Shown here: positions 1-6,984 of the stretch, one piece after another
Layout of the letters: every line of letters begins with the position of its first letter
How positions within the stretch are numbered: position 1 is the first letter of the stretch
Assembly (NCBI GenBank): GCA_016285515.1
Contig: JAEEQW010000013.1
Span: 2,619 to 66,618 of the forward strand
DNA: 64,000 bases
Direction: 5' to 3'
Origin: Bacteroidales bacterium
Lineage (GTDB): Bacteria > Bacteroidota > Bacteroidia > Bacteroidales > BM520
Notes under the pieces: model-generated
The model's database searches: none
Seen by the model: only the letters and a program-made list of their open reading frames with translations
Told to the model about the DNA's origin: nothing
Program-made: the position numbers and the translations under genes

Positions 1-3
1 AGT

Positions 4-1206
4 TTGGACACCACAAATGTGGATTGGCAAATAGATGCGGGAGATTATATTCGCACCTATATCGCCGATTATGAAAAAGCACTTTCCTATTACCAGTTGG
101 GGCTGCGACAATCGCTACAGCAATATGGTGAAGAACATGCCACAACCATTTCCCTTTACAATGCCATCGGCATGACATACGCAGAATCCGGTGAACTTGA
201 TCAGGCCATGATTTATTTTGAAAAGGCCTTGCCCCTTGGGAAGAAAATATTGGGGGAAAACCATTCGGAAGTGGCCTCAATCTACACTAACATTGGCACG
301 GTGTATTCCTTTCAAGACATTTTTGGAAAGGCATTGGAGTATTTCAACCAAGCATTGGCCATCCGAGAAGCTGCCTTGGAAAAAGACCATACTGAACTGG
401 CCATCATTTATAGCAATATTGGCTACATCAATAACAGACTAGGTGACTATAACAAGGCTTTGGAATATTACAACAAGGCATTGACGTTGCTGGAAACCCT
501 TTACGGAGAATTCAATCGCAACGTCGCCATCACTTGCAACAACATCGGTTTTCTCTATTACAATATGGGAGAGCCCAATACAGCTTTGGATTATTTCACC
601 AAAGCCTTGAGAATCAGGGAGACTATTTTCGGAGAAAAGCATCCTGATGTGGCTATCAGCGACTACAGCCTCTGCTTCATTTATGACCGCTTAGGCGAAT
701 ACGGCAACGCCTTGGGATATGGAGAAAAAGCATTGAACATTTGGGAATCCGTTTATGGAGAAGACCATTCCACAGTAGCCAGATGCTACAATGAGTTAGG
801 CAATTTAAATAGAGAAACCGGAAACCTTGATACGGCTTTGGAATACTACTCCAAGGCTTTGGCTATCCAGCAGTCCATTTACGGGGAGAACCATACCGAT
901 GTGGCCGCAAGCTATAATAATCTTGGCCATGTATATAGGAATAAAGGTGATTATAACAAAGCATTGGAGTACCACAGCAAAGCGCTGGATATCAGGAAGT
1001 CCATTTTCGGAGATGAAAATTCTAACGTGGCATTGTCGTATAATAGTGTTGGAAACGACTATCTCTCTCTGGAAAATTACGAGAAGGCCTTGGAAAATTA
1101 TCTTAAAGCTTTGTCAATCAGAGAGAAACTCTATGGCGCGGATGACAAAAGAACCATTGAAATCAAGAATAAAATCGCTGATACACAAGCCAAGTTAAAA
1201 GAATAA
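4..1206 (+). CDS. Tetratricopeptide-repeat protein (TPR_12 / kinesin-light-chain-like repeats); the ORF runs to within 3 nt of the window's 5' edge, so its true N-terminus probably lies outside
   Basis: About nine consecutive ~42-aa repeats of the pattern A.xYnNiG.vY...GdYdkALeyy.KAL.I.e...Ge.H..vA. The reading frame is open to the window start. Confidence 0.8.
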   Translation: MDTTNVDWQIDAGDYIRTYIADYEKALSYYQLGLRQSLQQYGEEHATTISLYNAIGMTYAESGELDQAMIYFEKALPLGKKILGENHSEVASIYTNIGTVYSFQDIFGKALEYFNQALAIREAALEKDHTELAIIYSNIGYINNRLGDYNKALEYYNKALTLLETLYGEFNRNVAITCNNIGFLYYNMGEPNTALDYFTKALRIRETIFGEKHPDVAISDYSLCFIYDRLGEYGNALGYGEKALNIWESVYGEDHSTVARCYNELGNLNRETGNLDTALEYYSKALAIQQSIYGENHTDVAASYNNLGHVYRNKGDYNKALEYHSKALDIRKSIFGDENSNVALSYNSVGNDYLSLENYEKALENYLKALSIREKLYGADDKRTIEIKNKIADTQAKLKE

Positions 1207-1256
1207 AAAACGAATACTCCCTTAAGACCGTCAAATAAAAAAGAAAGAGCAATAAC

Positions 1257-2387
1257 ATGGAACAACAATTCAAATATTTTGCTTTCATCAGCTATAACTC
1301 TAAGGATACTGCCTGGGGCAAAAAGTTGCAAAAGAAACTGGAGCATTATCGGATGCCCGCCACGCTGTGCAGCGAGCACGGTTGGAAACGCACACCAATA
1401 AGTCCCATATTCTTCGCCCCCACCGACATCCAGCCCGGAGGCCTCTCCAATGAGCTTCAGGAACGCCTGCGTGCCTCGCAGCATCTCATTGTGATTTGTT
1501 CGCCCAATTCGGCCAAATCAGAATGGGTAGGCAGAGAAATCGAGTTCTTCCACAACCTCGGACGCACCAACAACATCCATTTCTTCATCGTGGAAGGCTC
1601 GCCCCACAGCGGCAATCCCGAGACAGAGTGCTTCAATCCCGTCATCGACAAACTTGGCCTGCCCGAAATCCTTGGCGCCAACATCCACGAGAAGATTTAT
1701 CGCTGGCCGTGGCTCAACAAGGAACGCGCCTACGTGCAACTGATTTCTAAGCTGCTCGGTGTGGAGTTTGACTCCATCTGGCAACGGCATAAGCGACTGC
1801 TTGTTAGAAGAATCGTGGCATGGAGCATTGGAAGTCTCGCTGTCATTGGAGCATTAATTGGCGTTTGGCGTGCCAACCAGCCTTTCGATGCATTGATGCG
1901 ACTTGAAGAAGCATCACTCCATAATGAGCAACTTCCACCGCTGCATGACGCCGCAGTCACCTTGACTTTGGCCAACGAGACCAAAACCGATACCGTCAGC
2001 GCGTTGGACGAAACCTTTACTTTTACCAACATCCCTCATCGTTTCCTCAATCGTTCCGTTAACATCACGGTGGCTTGCAAGGACTTTTTAGTCACCGACA
2101 CCGTCATAACAATGGATAAGTCCATGACCTTGAGACTCTATCGGGATCCTGCCGTCTATGGCGACATTCATTTTAAGCTGTGGAACTTCAACGAGGAAGA
2201 GGCCGTGGCGCAAACAAAGGTTACGATTGAAGGGTTTGAAGCCATTTCGGACGAAAACGGCATGGTGTCGCTTTTCATTCCCTTGGAGATGCAGCGCAAA
2301 GCATACAAAATCACAACCGATGTCCCCTTGGTCACCGACTCCATTTTCATGCCCTGCGGAGACGATGATGTGATTTTGGTAAAATAA
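1257..2387 (+). CDS. Membrane-anchored TIR-domain protein: N-terminal TIR, one TM helix, C-terminal beta-sandwich (carboxypeptidase-regulatory-like) domain
   Basis: N-terminus FAFISYNSKDTAWGKKLQKKLE ... LIVICSPNSAKSEWVGREIEFF matches the TIR_2 pattern, including the conserved S.W...E block. There is no signal peptide. A hydrophobic helix IVAWSIGSLAVIGALIGVW lies at about aa 185-205. The C-terminal segment (KVTIEGFEAISDENGMVSLFIP) resembles CarboxypepD_reg repeats. Confidence 0.8.
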   Translation: MEQQFKYFAFISYNSKDTAWGKKLQKKLEHYRMPATLCSEHGWKRTPISPIFFAPTDIQPGGLSNELQERLRASQHLIVICSPNSAKSEWVGREIEFFHNLGRTNNIHFFIVEGSPHSGNPETECFNPVIDKLGLPEILGANIHEKIYRWPWLNKERAYVQLISKLLGVEFDSIWQRHKRLLVRRIVAWSIGSLAVIGALIGVWRANQPFDALMRLEEASLHNEQLPPLHDAAVTLTLANETKTDTVSALDETFTFTNIPHRFLNRSVNITVACKDFLVTDTVITMDKSMTLRLYRDPAVYGDIHFKLWNFNEEEAVAQTKVTIEGFEAISDENGMVSLFIPLEMQRKAYKITTDVPLVTDSIFMPCGDDDVILVK

Positions 2388-2469
2388 GGCTTTATAGCAG
2401 CCGGATTAAATCTTTCTATTGGGGTTCACCTCATTTTGGTGACATCCTTTTCAGTTATTATTTACAGAG

Positions 2470-2676
2470 CAACTCTTAGCCGCAACGAGGCCATAAACCT
2501 TGTGAAACGCTACAAGCAGGTCATTGCGCCTCGCTTTGAGGTGGAGCCGCGTGTCATGGATGTTCGGTTTCCACTCCAAAGGCTACGCCAATCCTTATAC
2601 TTATAGTGATATTGACATGGCTGTCATAGTGCCCTCTTATTATGACCGCAAGTTTGAAATATCCAAAGGACTCTAG
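2470..2676 (+). pseudogene. Frameshifted, start-less remnant of a Pol-beta-superfamily nucleotidyltransferase (MNT-type antitoxin-like)
   Basis: One frame reads TLSRNEAINLVKRYKQVIAPRFEVEPRVMD. After a 1-nt shift near 2557-2562 it continues MFGFHSKGYANPYTYSDIDMAVIVPSYYDRKFEISKGL*. Together these recreate the G-S-x(n)-D-I-D nucleotidyltransferase core. There is no ATG upstream and the end is premature. Confidence 0.55.
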
Positions 2677-2710
2677 CGCGCCTCTCGAGAAGTTTGACAG
2701 GATTTGGGAG

Positions 2711-2780
2711 TGTAGGGCTGTCGTACCACGACAGCCGCAATGTCAACCTGTAGCGGCTGCCACGATGTGACAGCCCTACA
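2711..2780. repeat. Nested palindromic element: outer 12-bp inverted repeat enclosing two GGCTG(T/C)C...GACAGCC hairpins
   Basis: Outer arms are tgtagggctgtc (2711-2722) and gacagccctaca (2769-2780), perfect reverse complements. Inner hairpin 1 is ggctgtcg (2716-2723) with cgacagcc (2729-2736). Inner hairpin 2 is ggctgccac / gtgacagcc with one mismatch. Confidence 0.6.
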
Positions 2781-2861
2781 TCATTTTGCTTGTAGTTGTC
2801 ATGTTCATTACGGAGGATGTGTTGTTTTTATGGAAAAATTGTCATTGTTTCCGAATTTGTG

Positions 2862-2869
2862 TATTTTTG
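2862..2869 (+). promoter_or_regulatory. Bacteroidota -7 promoter box (TAnnTTTG) upstream of the PRTase gene
   Basis: TATTTTTG lies 20 nt upstream of the ATG at 2890. Confidence 0.35.
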
Positions 2870-2889
2870 CAGGTTTTAAAGCAAACACT

Positions 2890-3693
2890 ATGGGCGTAAC
2901 ATACGACAACGAGAAGCAAATGTTCGTGTTCGACTTTGAACACGATGGCGCAGAGGATATTGTCAAACTGACGGGCGACGGCTATCAGGTGGAAGCATTT
3001 GGAAGATGTTTTTACTATGGATATGAGTTCTCCGATCAGGTGGATAGCAATGTCAGAAGCGCGTTCATTAAGTACGTGAAGTTTAACAATGCCTTGCAGG
3101 ACAGCCCCGATTTGACGCAATTCATCAAAAAGGCAGTGGATAACCTCAATAAGAAGATAAATCTTTATGATTACAATCTTGTGGTGATGCCGGAGTCAAC
3201 AAGCAAGGTAAACCAGTATATGCTGCGTTATATCTATCGTTTTGCCCAGCCGATGCTTAGAGAAATGGAGTTGGTGAAGGCTGTGCCGTCAAGCATATCA
3301 TTTGACATGGATGCCTTCGAAAAGCAGTATTTCAATGACGTTTTGGAAAACGGACGTCCTCGTTACACTGAGGCTCAGAAAGAGGAGCTGAGGCAATCCA
3401 TCGCAAATATGCTGGAGCTTATACATCAGAAGGACTATTTTACTATTGCAAAAGATGTGAAGAAGAGCCGGTGGCGTCCCTATATCACCAGTTTCTTGAA
3501 GTTTGCCACTCCTGCCGACGAAGAACTCTGCAAAATGATACGCCAGCAAAATGTGCTGGTAATTGACGATGTTACGACTAGCGGTTCAACTCTGAATGAA
3601 GTCTTGAGAACGCTCCGTATTCTCAACGAAGATAACGAAATCACTATCTTTAGCCTCATAGGCAGAAAAGACCTGATGGCCGAGGCTGTATAG
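2890..3693 (+). CDS. ComF-like / type I phosphoribosyltransferase-domain protein with a divergent N-terminal region
   Basis: C-terminal PRPP-binding loop NVLVIDDVTTSGSTLNEVLRTL. A ComF-like layout precedes it (YYGYEF ... YNLVVMPESTSKVN ...). I prefer the start at M51 of the 2740 ORF because a -7 box precedes it and the upstream Cys/His-rich extension overlaps the palindrome. Confidence 0.7.
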   Translation: MGVTYDNEKQMFVFDFEHDGAEDIVKLTGDGYQVEAFGRCFYYGYEFSDQVDSNVRSAFIKYVKFNNALQDSPDLTQFIKKAVDNLNKKINLYDYNLVVMPESTSKVNQYMLRYIYRFAQPMLREMELVKAVPSSISFDMDAFEKQYFNDVLENGRPRYTEAQKEELRQSIANMLELIHQKDYFTIAKDVKKSRWRPYITSFLKFATPADEELCKMIRQQNVLVIDDVTTSGSTLNEVLRTLRILNEDNEITIFSLIGRKDLMAEAV

Positions 3694-3707
3694 TTAATTT
3701 CTTATGG

Positions 3708-4715
3708 ATGTCTGATATGAAACGCTCGTTTTTGATAGTAACCTTCTTTGCAGTTGTATTCTCCGCCTGCACCTCCAAGCGCAGCCACGAGGTGGATTTC
3801 TATTACTGGAAGTCGAAGTGCGCGATAAGAGAGACTGAACGCGACTATTTCAACCAGCTGGGGAGCAAACGGCTTTTCATCCGACTATTTGATGTGGACA
3901 TTGATGGCGGCAGGGCTGTCCCCGTTGGGCAGATTCAAGGCTTTGGGAAGGAACAACTCCCCAACGACAGCACTAAAGTGATTCCCGTGGTGTTCATCAC
4001 GAACCGGACTTTTTACAATTATGCGAATGATACGGTGGCCGAGAGGCTTGCATATAATGTCAGTAAGACCATCGAGCACATCATGGGTTCGGCCGGCGTT
4101 GACTATGATGAGATCCAAATAGACTGCGACTGGACCGAGCGTACAAGGAACGCCTATTTCCGTTTCCTTGAAAAGCTTGCAGAGCAGTCGGGTTGCGATA
4201 TTAGTTGTACATTGCGCTTGCATCAGATCCGCGACCGCCAGAAGACCGGTGTACCGCCAGTGGTGCGTGGTAGCCTGATGTGCTATGCCACCTCGAACCC
4301 AATGGAAGGCGACACGCGCAATTCCATCCTCGACATGGAGCTGCTGAAAGCCTATACAACCAATATTAATGACTATCCGCTCGACTTTGATGTGATTTTG
4401 CCCATTTATTCATGGGGCATCGTCACCAACCACCTGGGCAAGGTAAAGCTCGTCAACGGGCTTACCGAGGATGACCTTCAAACTCCTATGTTTGAGAAGA
4501 CAGGCGACAACCTATATTTGGTGAAAGAAGACGGCTTTTTGCAGGGCCTGTATGTCAACAGCGGCTTCACCGTAAAAATAGAGACCATCACGCCGGAGCT
4601 GCTTGCCGAAGCGAAACAATACCTTGATCGACAGATTGACAGGAACTTCCCTTGGGTTTACTTCCATCTGAGTCAAGGCTACCTGACACGATATTCAATT
4701 AACAATCTAAAATAA
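3708..4715 (+). CDS. Lipoprotein of unknown function
   Basis: Signal peptide with lipobox (FFAVVFSAC). A 335-aa ORF with no catalytic motif I can name. It lies 6 nt upstream of the next gene. Confidence 0.6.
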   Translation: MSDMKRSFLIVTFFAVVFSACTSKRSHEVDFYYWKSKCAIRETERDYFNQLGSKRLFIRLFDVDIDGGRAVPVGQIQGFGKEQLPNDSTKVIPVVFITNRTFYNYANDTVAERLAYNVSKTIEHIMGSAGVDYDEIQIDCDWTERTRNAYFRFLEKLAEQSGCDISCTLRLHQIRDRQKTGVPPVVRGSLMCYATSNPMEGDTRNSILDMELLKAYTTNINDYPLDFDVILPIYSWGIVTNHLGKVKLVNGLTEDDLQTPMFEKTGDNLYLVKEDGFLQGLYVNSGFTVKIETITPELLAEAKQYLDRQIDRNFPWVYFHLSQGYLTRYSINNLK

Positions 4716-4721
4716 ACAAAT

Positions 4722-6968
4722 ATGCGAAAGAAACTGTTACTCGTTGCCGTCATGCTGATGGCACTCTGGGGCAAATCCTTTGCCTGTGGCTGGGATGACT
4801 GGGATTGGTATTACTACAACCTTTTCTCTCAGGAGATCATAAACGACCCGCGCTACCGTCCATTTTTGTTGACTTATGAAGCCAAGTACTACTCTAATGA
4901 CACTCTTCGCAATGGTAACATTGAGGAATGGCAGAAGTATCTGGGCCTGAGCTATGAAAACACCAAATACCTAGTGTTTGAGTCCTCACGCGACGACCTT
5001 CGTAACCTCACCAAGGGCAAGGCCGCTGCCGACAAGAAGCTGGCCTTTGCCACACCCGAGTTTGTTAAGGAACACAAACAGGCTTTGCTTTATTTGGCGT
5101 ACACCAAATACCTTGAGCCTTACATGCGCATCATTCCCGACCCTGACCGCGAAGTGTATTGGTGGTGGGGTGAGGAAGATGAACACAACGCCGGCGAGTT
5201 GGATTACGACAAGGTAAAGAACGTACTTGTCACTAGTTGGAATGCTGAAAAGGACAATGAACTCAAGCTGCGCTATGGCTACCAGCTGGTCAGGTTGGCC
5301 CATTACACGCGCCGTTACGAAGAAGCCGTGCAGTTGTTCGACCAGTATGTGAAGCCGCTGAATATGAATACTGAGATGTATTATTACGCTTTGTGCCAGA
5401 AGGCAGGCGCCTTGCGTGGTATGGGTGAGGTCGAGAAGGCCTACCGTGAGTTTATCCATGTGTTTACCAACTCCAACGACTTGAAGACCGCGGCCTACAC
5501 TTCGATGACCTTTGGCGAAAACAGCCACACAAACTTCGCTGACTTCGTGTCTGGCGCTGCCGATGACAGCGAGCGTATTGACATTTATTTCATGATGGGC
5601 TACAGCGATTTCAACAATCCTGTCAACGAGATTGAGAAAATCGTGGCAATCAACCCCAATGCCATCCAAGCCAAGGTGCTGATGGTGCGTACGGTCAACT
5701 TGGTGGAGCGCGAGTTGCTCGCCACCTCACTGGATGCCGAGGATAACGAGGCACTTTATCCCTCGTGGAAGGGCTATCAATCCGAGACCATGGCCTTCTT
5801 TAACCAGGCCATCCGCTTGAGCGACAAGCAGCGCGAAAAAGCCTCGGACAAGAATTTCTGGAACCTTATCTCGTCGTACCTCCATTTCCTCGATCAGGAC
5901 TTCGACAAGGCCAGCAGCTATCTCGCCAACGTGAAGTCGAACGATGAGCTTTATATGAAAACGGTGGACTGCCTGACGGCCTATATCGACCTCTGCCGTC
6001 AGCCCACCATCGACGCTAAGGCCGAAGACTATCTGATGGGCAAATACCCTGACCTCTTCACCAAACCCTGTTGCACACATTATACGGAAAACAACTTCCC
6101 CAACCTGGTGCTGCACAACCGCTATGCCCGTCAGGAAGAACATGCCAAAGCCTTCCTGGTCCTCTATCCTCTGACGAAAATTGAAGACAACCCCAACGAG
6201 AATCTGCTCGACGAGCTCCAGACCTTCCTCAACAAGAAAAAGAAAACCTCTTTGGAGCGTTACCTTGCTTCTCCTGGTGAAAACGATTGGACTGACCATA
6301 ACGCATATCTCTCCTACGTTAGGGGAGTGTTGCGTCTCACCGACGGCAATTTCAAGGAAGCCAAGAAACTGTTCGAGAAGGGCACCCGCCTCGAGGTGTC
6401 GCACCGTATCTTCGGCAATAACATTATTGTGGATTACAGCGGCTATGACGACGATGTCATGCGTGACGACTACATCAGCGAGTTCCCGTTCATCCATGAC
6501 AACATGACTGAGCTTGACGTTACCGACGCTTTGATACAACTCCAGAACATCGGTGACAAGAAGGATAATGAGGCTGCCAAGGCCAATTACTTGATTGCCA
6601 ACTTCTACTACAACGTCAGCGTGACGGGTTACTATCGTCACTATCTCCGTTTCGACAACAATAACGGCTTTTGCTATTACAAATATGGTTATTACGGCGA
6701 CGGGCCTTATAAGAACACGCTACAGCTGTCGAGCATCTATCTGGAAAAGGCCATGGAAACCGCTACCGACAACGAGCTGAAGGCGCACATTGTCTTTGCG
6801 CAGGCCAAGAATGCCCAGCAAATCATGGAAGCAGAAAATGTGTCTTCATGGTATCATACTAGGGTGGTACCCGATGCCCAGTTTGACATCTTGGATCAAT
6901 TCGAAGGTACGCAGTATCAAAATGACGTGTACTCCAATTGCTTGTATTACAGCGACTACCACAACTAA
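4722..6968 (+). CDS. Large predicted lipoprotein / secreted helical-repeat protein of unknown function
   Basis: Signal peptide MRKKLLLVAVMLMALWGKSFAC followed by a Trp/Tyr-rich start GWDDWDWYYYNLF. A 748-aa ORF with strong coding bias that casts long antisense shadow ORFs. Confidence 0.6.
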   Translation: MRKKLLLVAVMLMALWGKSFACGWDDWDWYYYNLFSQEIINDPRYRPFLLTYEAKYYSNDTLRNGNIEEWQKYLGLSYENTKYLVFESSRDDLRNLTKGKAAADKKLAFATPEFVKEHKQALLYLAYTKYLEPYMRIIPDPDREVYWWWGEEDEHNAGELDYDKVKNVLVTSWNAEKDNELKLRYGYQLVRLAHYTRRYEEAVQLFDQYVKPLNMNTEMYYYALCQKAGALRGMGEVEKAYREFIHVFTNSNDLKTAAYTSMTFGENSHTNFADFVSGAADDSERIDIYFMMGYSDFNNPVNEIEKIVAINPNAIQAKVLMVRTVNLVERELLATSLDAEDNEALYPSWKGYQSETMAFFNQAIRLSDKQREKASDKNFWNLISSYLHFLDQDFDKASSYLANVKSNDELYMKTVDCLTAYIDLCRQPTIDAKAEDYLMGKYPDLFTKPCCTHYTENNFPNLVLHNRYARQEEHAKAFLVLYPLTKIEDNPNENLLDELQTFLNKKKKTSLERYLASPGENDWTDHNAYLSYVRGVLRLTDGNFKEAKKLFEKGTRLEVSHRIFGNNIIVDYSGYDDDVMRDDYISEFPFIHDNMTELDVTDALIQLQNIGDKKDNEAAKANYLIANFYYNVSVTGYYRHYLRFDNNNGFCYYKYGYYGDGPYKNTLQLSSIYLEKAMETATDNELKAHIVFAQAKNAQQIMEAENVSSWYHTRVVPDAQFDILDQFEGTQYQNDVYSNCLYYSDYHN

Positions 6969-6984
6969 TTTTTTGATACTGCCA

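Noticed and set aside
2740-2889. Cys/His-rich N-terminal extension of the PRTase ORF (MSTCSGCHDVTALHHFACSCHVHYGG), which resembles a zinc finger
   Set aside because: The extension is encoded by the palindromic element itself (2711-2780), and a -7 promoter box lies downstream of it. The start at 2890 is more plausible. A ComF-like zinc finger cannot be fully excluded.
4986-6641. Long antisense ORFs (4986-5669, 5727-6641 minus), plus similar ones at 9309-10025, 13792-14277, 17136-17778, 32210-32830, 53213-53704, 59852-60565 and 61298-61866
   Set aside because: Each lies entirely inside a longer ORF on the opposite strand that carries clear family motifs. Their translations are low-complexity or motif-free. 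They look like shadow ORFs caused by codon bias.
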